From NCBI RefSeq assembly GCF_009914755.1, contig NC_060936.1: a stretch of DNA of 64,000 bases; one strand, 5' to 3'. The stretch comes from the human T2T-CHM13v2.0 reference genome, Homo sapiens. Of the stretch, positions 1 through 21,537 are shown piece after piece. A program made the position numbers and the translations under genes. The notes under the pieces are model-generated. The model was not told the origin of the DNA and ran no database searches. It saw only the letters and a list, made by a program, of their open reading frames with translations. How positions within the stretch are numbered: the stretch's first letter is position 1; every line of letters begins with the position of its first letter.

Positions 1-439
1 TTTCTTCTGGGTGAATCCAAACCAAGCTGGCAGAGACCCGGTTATGTACTTGCCCAGACCCCATACATGTCACGGGTGGGCCTGTGTGTTTACCACTTAT
101 TCTCCTACTCTTCACTGAAGCCCAATGAAGAGGGTGATACTATGATCCCCATATAAAACCGAGTCTCTGAGCCCTAAAGTCCCTTTTCCAAGGTCCCAAG
201 CTAATAAATAAGATAATAATGATAGTAATAAAGCCTGAAATCTCGGCTCTGTCCCCACTCATTGTGTGTCCAGGGATCATACACCGTAAGTCATACCACG
301 GATGTGAGGATTGTGATGTCCATGTGGACACGACCCCAGCACCATAGAATGAGGTGCTTACCTCCATGCCTGTGGTTCTTCTCACTTGTTTACCAATTCT
401 TTCTTGTATGCTTCCTTCCCTCCCTCCCTTCCTCCTTTC

Positions 440-1110
440 CTTCATCCCTTCCATTATTAAGCACATTATTAAGCACATGGGGGCACCTGCTATGTGGCAG
501 GTCCTGTTTCAGGTGATAGAAACAGCCTTGAACAAAAAAAAGTAAGTCCTTGTCTTCATAGAGAAATAAATGAATGAATAAGCAAACAAATAAGAATAGT
601 TAGCTACTGATAAATGCCATGAAGGATACGAGAGGCCTGTATTGCAGCGTGGCTGGAGAGTTGATGTCTGCGAATGTTTGCGTATGGGGGGGGGGGTTGT
701 GGGTGTAGCTGTGTGACAGTTGGTTTTGGTCAGATCTCTAAAGAGGTGATGTTTCAGCTGAACCTTGATGATAAGGAGCCACTCCAGCTGTGAGAAGACT
801 AGCAACATTTTACAGGAAGTAAAGGATGTGTAGAACAGCCCCAGCGTGCATGGGAGAGACAAGGCGTGAAACTGTACCTGCAGCTCCAGGGCAGAAGGAG
901 AAGCAGCCCCAGATGCCGTCACAGAGGCAGGTGTGGCTGGATCTCCTAAGGCTTCATACACTGTGGTACGATGTTTGGCTTTCATAATGAATGCAGTGGG
1001 AACTGCAGGAGGAACTGAAGGGACAAGATGTAATTTAAGTTTTATAAAATCACTCACTGTCATATAAAAATGAGAGCAGGAGTGGATGAGGAAGACTGGT
1101 TAGGACAATT
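440..1110 (-). mobile_element. L2 LINE 3' fragment
   Basis: Degenerate match to the antisense L2 3' end (gcacctgctatgtggcagg...tgaacaa...gtccttgtcttcatag) and following L2 blocks. Confidence 0.6.
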
Positions 1111-1201
1111 ACCTCACCCTGGGACATCAATCATCCTGCATTCCCACGCTTTGCTAGGACGGCAGTGCCTGGAACTTCCTACAGAACCTGGTGAGGCCAC
1201 C

Positions 1202-1895
<694 letters not shown>

Positions 1896-2045
1896 CCATC
1901 ATGTCTTACCCTATGCCCCTTTCTGGGTTCATGTCCATGGGCCTGGTTTGTCTCCTGGCACCAGCCCTGCAGCTTCCTTTGGATGCTTGCATTCCAATCA
2001 CTAAACTATATGATGTTAACATGTACTTTCAATTATCTTCTTATT

Positions 2046-2352
2046 GTCGGGTGTGGTGGCTCAGGCCTGTAACCCTAGCACTTTGGGAGGCTGAGGCAGG
2101 TGGATCACTTGAGGTCAAGAGTTTGAAACCAGCCTGGGCAACATGACAAAACCCTGTCTCTATTAAAAATACAAAAAAATAGCTGGGTGTGGTGGCATAT
2201 GCCTGTAATCCTGGCTACTTGGAAGGCTGAGGCATGAGAATCCCTTGAATTGGGAGGCAGAGGTTGCAGTGAGCCAAGATCACACCATAGCACTCCAACC
2301 TGGGTGACACAGCAAGACTCTGTCTGGAGAAAAACAAAAACAAAAACAAAAA
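2046..2352 (+). mobile_element. Alu (AluS/J)
   Basis: Full dimeric Alu with (AAAAAC)n tail. Confidence 0.93.
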
Positions 2353-3978
2353 CCAGGTATGTTTGGTATTCAGGAGTGTGGCGGGGGAAACTTCTTCAAG
2401 ATGCGGCCAGACAGGTGGGCAGGGGCTAGGGGCAAGGAGGATATGGGATCTTTCAGGCCATGAGCAAACTTTGCATGGTTAAAAAAAAAAAAGCCAAAAC
2501 AATAAATTCTCTTCTCCCCAAAGCACCTTCCGCCTCATTTGGCTCCCTGGCCAGCCTGCCTGGGTGATAGATAGGCTCATCTCAACCAGGCCTTGTTTTG
2601 TTCAGAGCAGCGGCAGTTCATGGGCCAAGGCTAAAGTTGCAAGCCCTCTTGGGAGTTGTCAGAGTCATCAATAATGTCAATAGTCGTCAATAGCCATCAA
2701 TAACAATACAGCCAAATGCAAATCAAAGGAAAATGTAAACTGAACACCAGGGGACATAGTTATTGACTCAGAATTTCTCTCATTCTTAACATTCTCCGAA
2801 AATTAAAATTATGTTGAAGGATTCCTTTTTCTCCTTAAGTAAGAGATAAGGCAAATTGGTCTTCTTGAATGACTCTTTTTTCTCTGTGTCACATCAATTG
2901 GACAAATATTGGGTCATTCTCCACCCTGGGCTCAGAGCCAATTTAGAACTGTGGAAATAGCAGACATTGGCATTTCTGGTCTCAAAGAATCTATGGGGTC
3001 TGGGGAATACATATCATCCTTGATCAATGTTTATTGAGTGTGAGGCAGTGTTTGGGCCTTGTGTTAGTCACTGAAACAAAACAATGGTGTAAGCTTTTTT
3101 CTCCTGGGTCATAATTTTGAGATACTGTTATATGCCTACAATAAAATGATAAAGAATACTTGCATACATTAGGCAACACACATTTACTGGGCCCTGTGGT
3201 AGTGACAATTGCAGCTGTAAATGTTATTTGGCCTTGGCCTTTTAAATAATGTCAGTTTTATGTATTTTATTCCTGAGAGACCATTTGAGGAAAATGGAAA
3301 TCATTATAGTAGAATGTAATTGTCTCTTTTAAAACTTTTATTATTTTCTAAAATATACAAATACTCTTTCTAAATAGTAAATGAGTTCATAATTACTGAT
3401 AGCAAGTGGATTTTAAAAATCATTATTATATAATCCTACCATTCACAGATAATTACATTAATATTTTGGTACAGATTCTTCTAAAGTCTTTTCTAGCCAT
3501 AATACAATAATTTTCCAGACAACTGGTTGACCTACCAATATGAGGAAAGAGACTAAGCTCTCCAGTTCACTATACATCTGTCAATAACAGAGAGGAAGAG
3601 AGGGAGAAATTGTCCAGTCAACAGGGACCCTTGGGGACACAGATTAAATCTATATGCCCCATGGAATTAGGGTGAGGGCGCTCTTTATTAAAATGCTCTG
3701 GGCTTAACCATATATCCAAAGTATTTTTCCAAATGCATGTCATCACAGCTAATGGACACACTGCATTCTGTTCAATGTAGCTACTATAGTTCATTTAGTC
3801 AATTTCGTATTACTGGATTTTTAAGTGGTTTTCTTTTTCTGGTACCAAGCTACTCCACACAATACTCAAAACAAAACAAAACAACAACAACAAAAAACTC
3901 TTCTACATCCATCTCAGTGCACTCAATAATATTTGCCAAACTATTCAGTTTAGATGTCTATGTGTTTGATGTCTGAAC

Positions 3979-4616
<638 letters not shown>

Positions 4617-5305
4617 TGGTTCCCACGGATTTCTTAGTCCTTTAATGACACCAGCTTTATGGCAGCTTTTGAATGCTGGAATCTGGGCCAAAATATGGGG
4701 TCCCAACTCTAAAAGTACCAAATATACGACTTGATACAATGGAGCCTCTTTGAGACTGAATTTTCCCTTCTGGTACCATCACCTAGTTAGGCTTACTTGC
4801 ATGGGGCTTGTGAGCATCAAATGCGATAATTCATGATGAGCGCTGAAAAGTCGCTAACGAACATGTGGTTCACTCATCTGCCCAGGGGAGGCTCTTCCTG
4901 CACTGCCAGTATGCACAGTTCCATAAAAAGCCCACGGCAACAAACAACAACAGGACCCCACTGATTTTATCATATTTATTTCACCAACACTGTTTGGCTG
5001 TTCACCAAAAACCATTTTCTTTTCGTTGTGGCCCAGAGCTAAACTCCAGTTTCCAGCCACCCTTGCGGTAGAGGTGGCCCCAGGACTGAGACTTGCGGAT
5101 GGAGGATGGGGTGGAGGGAAGCCTTGCTCCCACATTTAGGTTGTGCCAACCAGCTTCCCCCGGTCCTCCCCGCTGTCTCCTAACCCTTCACTCCATGCGG
5201 TCACTTAGGTAACCATGGAAACTATGCATTGAAGACACTGGAACCAGCATTTGAAGAGGAGATACCATCATCTTGCAGGAGCCTGGGTTTTTAAATCTTT
5301 GCTTA

Positions 5306-5608
<303 letters not shown>

Positions 5609-8600
5609 TTATTGGAAAGCTATCTCTAAAGAATACTTGTTTCGATTTTATACAAGTTAGAAAGAAACTTTACTTGGGCAAGTGGCATTATGAATTGGGT
5701 TTGTTTATTAACACAGCTAGTGTTCCTTACCTAAGAATTTGTAAGGTCTAAAAGAGTGTCAGGTTGACAAACTTCCTGGATGTAGTTTTAGTGTCTTCTC
5801 TTTTTCTTTTTTTCTTAAGTTAAAATTAGTACAGAAAATTAGCAAATGTCAGTTTCAAGCCAATTACAAATAGTTTTGGTTACAAATGCAGTACTTGGAA
5901 ACTGACTGACTAGGAAATACTTCCTGGGAGATGCATCATTTTGCTCACAGAGTTTCCTGAAAAGCAATTAATTTTTATTTTAAGAAAACATGAGAGAGAT
6001 TTTCAGTACAAAGCAATGAAATCAAGAAAGAAATTTGTCTATAAAGTGATGGAACATAAGTACACTTAAATATATAGTAGAGAACATCTCATTAGACATC
6101 AGATCATTAAATACACTAATAGCATGACAATTGGTGCACAAAATATAACTACATGTAGCCCCCATTCTCTAAATCACATTGCACACTCCACCCAAGTGGA
6201 GTAATAACATCTTGTAATTTTTTGCTGCTTTGCTCATTAGAAGTTCTGTTTTCTCAAAAGAACAGAGAAAATACAGTATACACACTGTCAAAAGTTGACT
6301 TTAGTAATGCTCCTGGTTGAGTTTTGCGCTTTCATCTGATGACAGTACCTTCTTCTTCTTTGTATTTGTTTTGGCAAGTGGGGAGTTTTCTGTTTTCCAC
6401 TCTCTAGAGTCACGCGAGACTGCTTTACCCTCAAGTCACTAAGGTCTACCCATGAACAAAGCACGGGCAATCGGGACTTCCTGTACTCTAAGGCTGGGGT
6501 TGGGGAGAGGCATGTGATCCAAGCCAGCTCACAGAGATGTGCATCGAGAACTTTCGCTGGGATGGCTGCTAAACAGCTAATCCCCCTTTTCCTGAAATGA
6601 CTAGATGGATAGCGGCGCCAAGTCACCCCGCGGAACCTCCTGAGAATAATTAAGCTGACAGGAGGAATTCTCAGCTCGGAAATAGGGAATCCACGCCCTC
6701 CTAAACCACCTGTGCCCCTGTATCCAGCTGTACTTGAAGGTCAACATGTGCCTGTCGTTTCCAGGTTCTTGAACCAATAAATTCTCTCTCTCTTTAACTT
6801 CATGTCTCTCTCTTAATCTTAAGATTCTGTAACTAACAACCAAAGAATCCAAAAATTAATCCAACAGTTAATGGAAAAATATTTGCTTACAGCTACCATT
6901 ATTGACAGTCTATTAACTCATCACAATTAATACAACCCACTTTAATATCTAAGACAGCATTGAAGATGATATTAGTTCACATTTCTGAGACACTTGCTAC
7001 ATGCCAGGTATTATTCTAAGTGATTTACGTGGTTAGTAATAAATACACATTACTAAAATATCCAAACAGAACAAATTGGTGTCCCATTAAAAGTAAGTCA
7101 GGAGAAACCTCATTTCCTAATTGTCTTCTTCAGAATCAGTACCATAACCAGTTACTCTGTATTCTTGTAGGTCTGTACAATAAATAGGATAAATAAACAA
7201 ATGCTGTAAATAAATATGCATTATAATAATACAGCTATATGTATGCATGTATTGATTTTTGACACACACAATACCAGCTGCCATATAGATGGACTGGTTA
7301 TCATGTGCTAGGCTCTATTCTAAGCACAAGACAGTGCACCTATTATCTTACTGAATCCTCACCACATGCAGGAGGAAGGTCATCCTGGAGGAAGCTGGGG
7401 CTGAGACACCGATTAATCTGGGAAGCCAAGCAGGCAGGCTGCCTTCAGAGCATGAATTCTTCACAACCACCCTGCTCTGTTGACATGTTTGGGGATCTAT
7501 AAATAATCCCAATTCTCCACCCGGGTTTGCAAGAAATTGAGAAAGAGAGAAAAGCATCAGAGACTCGAAGCTCAAACTGTGCTGTGTTGTGATTAGGGCT
7601 GGGTGGCAGGATGTGCCTTAGGTATAATGTCAAATGGGCATTCTAAGCTTCTTCCCTTCTGTGTTCCCTCCCACCATCCAGTCAGGAGCTCAGGAGTTCC
7701 ACCTGGTGAAAAGTGAGCATCCACGAACACACGCTCATCCAACAAGCCTGCCTCACATTCCTGGGGAGTGGAGAGGACACTGAAGATATAAATCCCCAAG
7801 GGTCAGGCATTTACATGGAAACTTGAACCAGTGGAAGTCAACAATCAAGCATGTTAGAGAGCCGCGCTTCTCTTGTGCCTCTGTGTGGAAACCAGGGTAA
7901 GCGATTGGCGTTTCTTTAGCATCATCTTGTTTGGTTTATGAGGAAATAAGGAGCAGAGGACTTAGATATGCCTAAGGTCAAGTGGCAGGATCAGAAAATC
8001 TCTGGCTCTAAAACGTGCATTGCTTCTACTGTGATGAGCTTCTTCCCAGAAATATGCTGGGTGGAAAATCAAGGCCACCTGTAGGCACACTTTTTATTGC
8101 TGGCATTACTCATGCATCCAATTTTCTTAACATTACAAGCATATGCCTGCCATGTTGACAGGATATGTAAATTTTATAACATTTACATATTAAGAAATGT
8201 ACAAAGCAGTGTAAATCGGCTTATATATAATAGATTTTTCAGCTTTGATCATTGGCATTGCCCCAATTTCTATTCCTCTGCCTCTGCTGGTCTTTGATAC
8301 TACTCTATAGTAATTACCATCTCCCCTCAAAAAAAGAGAATGGAACATGATATGTCCCTCCTCCAAAAGTTCTCATATCCTCCTACAACTGAATAAAATC
8401 GGAAGTCCTCATCCTGGCCTCTGAGTCCCCATGTGATCCAATCCTTACCTACCTCTCTGCCCTCTTTTCCTGCCTCTCTCTCTCCCTCTCAGCTACAATC
8501 ATCCTGGCCTCTTTGGGATCCTCAAACACTTCAGACATATGCCCTGTACTCAGTAGTGAATGCCAGTGTCTACAGCAGTAATGGCACATGGCACATGCTT

Positions 8601-10456
8601 AACACATCTCAGCTGAGCAAATGAGCAGTGAGCAGGCACATACGCTTGGTGTTGAGGGAAGCCCGGTGAGTTAGGGCTGACAAGAGGCTCTCTGTGCCAG
8701 AAACATAGGCTGCCTGATAGGGAAAAACAGAAGGGAGTCTCAGCAGAGGTTGGCTCTGGTCAAATTTTGAGAAGCCTTGTTACCTTTACAAAGGGGGCAG
8801 GAGTTTAGCCTTAAGATAATACAAAAGCTTGGCTCATCTATTAGATTCACACAAACAAGAGATCAAAGCCAATGTTAAGCCTTACTAATAATTTCAAGGA
8901 TATAAGCAACCCATAAGTATCAGCAAAACGAGGTGCAGTTTAGGGCTGTTGCGTAGCTATCCGAGGTCTTCCTCCTCACTCTGCACACACCTGGCCTAGG
9001 CTGACAATTGAGACCTCCCAGTGGTGTCCACAGTGATGTCACTCAGACAGAAGGGGGAGATCGGTCCTCAAGCACCTCTGTTTTACATTCAGAGGGTTAC
9101 ACAGCAGATGGGATTTTCCTAGGAGCCATGCCCCATACATTCACACATTCTAGCTGACGGGGGTGTGCCATCAGCTATCCTGGGCAACCTACTAAAAGCA
9201 TGAGCTAGACAAGGCCACGCCCACCAGCAGGTACAGAGAGGTGGCATGAGTGAGCTGACAGAAGGTGACCCCGAGTCACGTCCCTTTCTCCCTGAGCTGC
9301 TCCCACCACTCCCCTCCAACACTGGGAGAGAACAGATTGTGAGCAATGGGTATGTCACAAGCCTAAGACAATGGGGAGTGCCGAAGGCTTTGACGGGGTG
9401 GGGACAGGGGTAGTGATGGGCTCTGACAGTGTTTCGTGGGGATGTCTCTATCAGCGCCTGAAGAGAGGCACTGTTTCAGGTTCCTGGAGGGGAGGGCTGG
9501 GTTCCAGGTGTGTCCCACTCTGCTGTAGGATTAAAACCACAGCCTCTCCATAAATGTCAGTCAAAGTGATTCCAAAGTAATGGGGAGATTCAGTTTTACT
9601 TTTACAAGTCCATTATGAAATAAATAGCAAACTCAGTAAGGCAGGGGGCTTAGAAATTCAATATGAACACAAAGAGAACCTCGCACCCTTTTTTGTGGTG
9701 GGAAGAGATTTGTCTGCAGGCTGCATTCATGAAGATATTGATTGGTTTCATTCACTTCACTATTCCTCATAGTGGAGTACCGGATGTAACATTACATGCA
9801 ATGAATACTTTCTTGAGTGAGTTTATTAAGTGAATACTCGCACAAGTTTTTAAAAGCATACTAAGCTATTTAAGAATGAGAGCTGAGAGAGTTAGAAGTA
9901 TTCATAAGACGGACGGCAGGGGTGAGTTTTCAGGTATATGTGCACTCACAGAAATTACTAAGCACCTTAGTGGGGAATCTTTAAAAGCAGAAGAGCCATT
10001 CCCGACTGGTTTTAGAGAGCAATGGGCAGGATATCTATCACCGGCTATGACAAGGCTGGCTTGGTGAAGAAAGAAATGTTTGGCTGACTCAGCTGCGACC
10101 CCCTGATGTCTGAAGAGTAAGGGCTTAAGAAGATCATAAAGGAGGAAATTATAATATTCAACGTGGGAAGTGACTCAGGCATGAATAATGATCAAGGTAA
10201 GGATGGATTTTGGAAATGTTCCAAAGATGGTAATAGGCAAGTGGACACAAGAAATATTCACATGGGAGGAAAGAGAAATATATGTTTTAGTAGTAACAAT
10301 ATTATTATATTTCCCTATTGCAACTTACATTAAAAAAAAATGCAAGCAATGAGCCACCAGGAGAGAGAAATAAAAATGCAAAAGGCTTGAATGCCTTTTT
10401 CAGAGTGAACACTACCTATGGACCGAACCAGAAGTGCAGAAGACGATTGACAATCA

Positions 10457-10991
<535 letters not shown>

Positions 10992-11040
10992 CATACTGCT
11001 GCTGGTGCCTGTATTCCTCTGAATTCCTTTGAAACTCTAG

Positions 11041-11620
<580 letters not shown>

Positions 11621-11835
11621 TGATTTTATTTTCCCCTTATACAGCCACAAAATACTGACACATTTCCCAGCTCTGGTTGTTTTTTTCTCCTTTGAGCAGT
11701 GAAAATTAAACAGAAAAAAAAATTCACACTAACATCATTCCCTCATGGTTCACTTTCTCATGTGAACCCAGAGAGTAAACAGTACATAGGAAGCTTTAAT
11801 AATGAAATGTTTTCAATGACTTCTCAGAGGGATAA

Positions 11836-12200
<365 letters not shown>

Positions 12201-13499
12201 TGTCCAAAATCTTTATGAATAGAAACAATGCTAACTGTAATTTCCAACATCTTTTTCCTTCTCAGAATTCTCTACTGGTTAACTTGGTCAGAACGCAGAG
12301 TTTTGGATAGATGCGTCAAATCCAAATACACTTTGGGGCAAATGAAATATTCCGCTTGGTGTAGGTGAATGTCTGCATTAAGATCCTCCTGTATGTCTTC
12401 ATCAGTTAAGGTTCTTTGGTTGCAAGCAAGAGAATTCTATATAAAGTTGTTTAAGAAGTCTAACATGAGAATATAGGACTACTACATTATGGAATCTAAG
12501 GTGGGGACATAGGGGCACTCCAAAAACAACTAAAATTTGGAGCTCCAAATGGGCAGGGCTCTCTCCCTCCTCATCTCTGCTCCCTCCAGGGAATCACTTC
12601 ATTTCTCTCTTTCTCTAGCAGCTCCTTCTGTTACTCTACCTTGGAATAATATGCCTGCCAAATAGGGTAACGTGCCAGCCTGCCTTCATTCCTTCAGAAA
12701 TATATATGGATTGCCTATCATGTGCTCTGTAATATTCTGGGAGCTGGAACTAGTATAGGAAGAGAAAAAGGAAAATAACATTATTGCTCTGTGAACCTTA
12801 TCTTCCAGTGGAAGAGACAGACAATACTGAAAAACAAAAAACATATGCAAAATATTGCACTTAATTTACCCTTATAAAACAAATAACATAATAAAAGCAG
12901 ATAGTAGCATGTTGAAGGTTCACGTGGTCTTTGCATTTGTAAAACCAACATCCCTGGAAAGAGGTGAAGAGGTGAGGGGTGGCATTACTCAGAACAGAAA
13001 CTTGTTGAACCAGGGGAATGAACATAACAGGATCAGAAATTAGTACATAAAAGGAAAGCCATGAATATGAGATAAAGTATGCTTCAGCTACTCTCTGTGT
13101 TTCAGTAATAGAAATGTGATATTCTACCAGTTGATTTTGGCCAGTGAGATAAATGATGACACAGGCAAGATCAGGAGGACACAGAATTTTGACACCCTTT
13201 CCCCCATAGGGACACATACACTGAGTGCACAGATGGAGTGGAGTCCCAGTGTGAGATTCCGTCCTAGGGCCCCAGTAATGGGCATCTTCCACAGGCTGGT
13301 GACATCATTAGGGAAATGAAATTAAACACATGAACACGTGTTCTGGGACAGTGGAAACATGGCTTGGGAAAGTCCACTTCAGAGGGTCTTTAGGTTAAAT
13401 ATGAGGAAGGAATTTAAGTAGAAAACACAGAGTAAGACCGTATGAGGCAGAGTCATGGGGCGATTAAGGAGTTATCCTGGCCTTGAGGGTTCTTAACGT

Positions 13500-14050
13500 T
13501 CCCCCTTCAATCAGTTACCTCCAACACATACTCTGAGCAGGGAGGCAATTCACCTGACCTCATCTGTCCCCCACTTCAGTCGGTTACCTCCAATACATAC
13601 CCTGAGTGGGGAGGCAATTCACCTGACCTCATCTGTCCCCCATCAGTCAGTTACCTCCAACAAATACCCCTGAGTGGGGAGGCAGTTCACCTGACCTCAT
13701 CTGTCCCCCATCAGTCAGTTACCTCCAATACATACCCTGAGCGGGGAGGCAATTCACCTGACCTCATCTGTCCCCCACTTCAGTCGATTACCTCCAACAC
13801 ATACCCTGAGTGGGGAGGCAATTCACCGGACCTCATCTGTCCCCTACTTCAGTTGGTTACCTCCAACTACATACCCTGAGTGGGGAGGCAATTCACCTGA
13901 CCTCATCTGTCCCCCATCAGTCAGTTACCTCCGACAAATACCCTGAGCGGGGAGGCAATTCACCTGACCTCATCTGTCCCCCATCAGTCAGTTACCTCCA
14001 ACAAATACCCTGAGCGGGGAGGCAATTCACCTGACCTCATCTGTACCCCT
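13500..14050. repeat. Minisatellite, about 8 copies of a 67-69 bp unit
   Basis: Unit cagttacctccaacacataccctgagtggggaggcaattcacctgacctcatctgtcccccac(t)tcagt; starts at 13512, 13581, 13648, 13716, 13785, 13854, 13922, 13989. Confidence 0.97.
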
Positions 14051-15159
14051 TGTCTCCAGCTGGCTTGAGGCGCCTCTAGCCTGGAGGAAACTGCTCAGTC
14101 TATGGATGGCTTTAATAAGCTGCCTAGATTGCTAACAATTGTGTAGACTGCATTCTCAGTTGCTCTTTCTCTACCCTTGGCTGCTACCACAGCAGGTAAA
14201 ACCTGCCCAAAGGGACCTGGATGGGGTCTACCTTAGACAGAATGTGATATTTACGTCCCTCGTTCAACTTTTGATAAACACAACATGGTATTAGGTATAT
14301 ATGGGCATCACTTTAGGCACAATGACCCGCTTTTCCTCCTTCCCCCGTCCAAATGGAAAAAGAGAAAGAAAGTGTCTAATTGCTCCTGGGCTGCATTCCT
14401 CTGCGATAAAAGAAACTACACATTCAGTTTCTGAACAGCCCAAATGACCCAAAAGCTTAATTGTATTTGTGTTATTATGCATTTAATTCCTGCACCGATG
14501 ACCCCAGTCCTTTGTAGGTACCTGATAAACCATCCACCAAGCAGTAATGAACTTTTTATGACGGATTCCAGTGGATTACAAGAAAACTGGGCAAGTAAAA
14601 TGAGCTTCGCTTCAAAACATTGTAATTTCAATTATAACAGTCTTTACATCTTTCCTGGTCTGTCTTTAGTCTCCCCCTGTAAATGAGGATAAAGTTTGAG
14701 CACCTTTTGTCTACGATACCATACATAAAGAACAGAATCTTGAAATTGCAGCATCAAGACAAGATTTATTCCCAGGCTATAGAAAAAGGTGCAAAATGAA
14801 ATAAAGCTTCTAGGATTCAGGGGAAATTCATATTTAAAATGACAACCAAAGTGAAAAGCATTTCACAGAGATTGAAGGACTCACGATCTATCCCCTCAGA
14901 TTAGAAAAAGGAGGCGGGAGAGAGAGAAATGGAAGTTTACTTAGACGATCCTAAAATACAATCTCATGTCTCATGATTTCTGAGGCTGCTAAGAAAAGTA
15001 GCTTAGGGAACCACCCTGCAATTTCTCTTTTGAAAAAAAAAATCTGATTCTATCGCAGAGATGTGCTCATTTCTCATCTTAAAACTTTCTAAAACTTCCA
15101 AATTTCCAGAATATCCACATAGAAATACATGGGAACAATTATTAAAAGTTAACAGCAGA

Positions 15160-15467
15160 TTTTTTTAATTTTTTTTATTTTTTTTTGAGATGGGTGTCAC
15201 TTTGTTGCCTAGGCTGGAGTGCAGGGTGTGACCACGGCTCATTGCAACCTTGACGTCCCTAACTCAAGCGATCCTCCTGCCTCAGCCTTCTAAATAGCTG
15301 GGCCTATAGATGCACACCATCACGCCTGGCCAACTTTTGTAATTTTTTGTAGAGATGGGGTTTTACCATGTTGCCCAGGCTGGTCTTGAACTCCTGAGCT
15401 TACCCAATCCGCTCACCTCGGCCTCCTAAATTGCTGGGATTATGGGTGTGCACCACCATGCCCCGCC
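15160..15467 (-). mobile_element. AluJ
   Basis: Diverged antisense dimeric Alu. Confidence 0.9.
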
Positions 15468-15557
15468 AGCAGCAGCTCCTAAATTCAACAGGGGATAACA
15501 ACCATGTGAGGGCTTGTCATCATCACTATCTTGGGTGTCATCAAAACTGGCTCCTAA

Positions 15558-15958
<401 letters not shown>

Positions 15959-16059
15959 TTCTGTGACTTTCTTAATCCAAGTTCGCTACCATTGCTACCA
16001 TCAAGGTTGAATATCAATCATCAGACAATAGCTTCTCAATTAGGCATGCTAATTACTTA

Positions 16060-16570
16060 GCTGATAGTCAGAACTGCAGCATGCTGTATAGGACTGCACA
16101 TGGCAGAAGCCCAGCGTCAACCAGTTTAAGCAAATACGTATTATTGACTCATGTACATGAAAAGTCTTGGAAAAATATTGACTTCGGGCATAACTAGATC
16201 CAGGTGTTCAAACATGGCCATAAGGATTCTCCACCTCTCTTTTAATTTGTCTTTCCTCTGTGAGTACCCTTTTCAGGCAGAGAGCAATGCTATATGATAT
16301 CAAATTAATCTCTAGAAGCCTCAAGTTTCTATTCTACCAGCTCCAGGTAGAAAAAAGAAACAGAAAGAAAGAAAGTTTATTCCCTGCAAAAGTTCTGGCA
16401 TTGATATTCATTGGACCTAAATATATCACTCACTCGTCTACAGACCAATACTCATGGCCAGGGGAATTAGCTAGATTTGGATCATGCCACTCCCTCCCCT
16501 AGAGTCAGATGGTGAGGTTAGCTCTACCCCAAGAAAATGAACAGAACAATGGGGAGCTGTTGTTCCCAGG
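16060..16570 (-). mobile_element. Old MaLR LTR remnant (MLT1K/L-like)
   Basis: tttaagcaaa...tattgactcatgta..gaaaagtc...gatccagg..ttcaaac motif series. Confidence 0.45.
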
Positions 16571-17519
16571 CTTATTTATTTGTTCGTCTGTCCTTTGCCA
16601 CTAGAATGTAACCTTCATGAGGGCAAGAACCTTGACTGTCTATCTTATTGCTATATCTCTGGTATCTGCAATAGTACATATCACACAATAGGTGTCCAAT
16701 AAATATTTAACGAGTGAATGAAAAGGGGAATGAGTGCTGGTCATTTAAAAGTCATAGATGCTCAGTACTGCAGAAAATTTATAACCTCGCAGTAAGAATG
16801 AAGATTCTTGTTACAGCTGACAAACCTGTACTTCCTTCCAGGTCACAGAGGCTAAGTCAAAGTGATTTTATATTATTTACTATTTTCTTGGCACCTTTAA
16901 TATTTATATGTCACATGTAGAAAGTCGACAGAAGAAATCTAAAGAGTCCACAAAACTATATAAGAAGATAAAAACCCAAAGAAGCAAATGGATTATGGAT
17001 AGAGTATTCTGAAAGCAGGCAGGAAAAACAAGGTGCTTGTATCTTTGTTTAGGGGACTGGGTGTTGGAGACTCTCAGAAATTAGGAATTTAAGCTGAATG
17101 ATAAAGGATGAGTATATTTTGAGAGAGAAAGAAGAAAGGGAAGACATTCCAAGCAAAGAAAAAGCTTATGTAAGTACACAGCAACTGTTTTTTAAACAAT
17201 TTAAAACATTTTATTCACATATTTTAAATCTAGAATCTGCAGTCATTTATAGATTGCAAATCACAGCACCATAATTTAGTCCCCACAGGTCATTCATCCT
17301 GTGAATAATATCCATAATAATCTAGAAGGTTAACTTTTTAACCTACTTTACTAATTTATTAAGGATGGAGTTTAAACACAGGTTAAAAACAAGATGGGAG
17401 ACAAGCAAAAAGATTGACCCCAAGCTTAGGGAACAATTATTCTTCTCTCTGCAGTTACATCTGAGCATCTAATAATTATTTCTTCATTTCTTTCACTTTT
17501 GAAACACAACCTTCCAGAT

Positions 17520-17841
17520 TTTCCTCCTCCTCCTCATCTTCTTCTTATCACCATCATCACCATAATCACTATTGCCATCATCATCATCATTACTGTCATC
17601 ATCATCACCATCATCACTATTGTCATCATCATCACTATTGTCATCATCATTATTGTCATCATCATTACTGTCATCATCATCACTATTGTCATCATCATTA
17701 CTGTCATCATCATCATTGTCATCATCACCATCCCCCTCATCACCATTATCACCACAACCATCATCACTGTCACCATCACTGCCAACACCATCACCACCCT
17801 CATCACCGTCATCATCATCACCATCACCATCATCATCATCC
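17520..17841. repeat. Degenerate (CAT/CAC)n trinucleotide microsatellite
   Basis: About 320 bp of catcatcat/caccat with 15/18-bp higher-order units (ta[c/t]tgtcatcatcat[cac]). Confidence 0.97.
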
Positions 17842-17929
17842 TGTAATTCTTCAGTTGATTCTCTTATGTCCTTCGAGAATTCCAAAGTTTCCATACCTCC
17901 TAAAAATTCATCTGAAAGTCTATCGATTT

Positions 17930-21537
<3,608 letters not shown>

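Noticed and set aside
5725-5755. Possible recursive splice site (minus strand ttcttAG|GTAAGG)
   Set aside because: Pyrimidine tract is short and interrupted; such motifs are expected by chance in 64 kb and there is no saw-tooth RNA-seq evidence.
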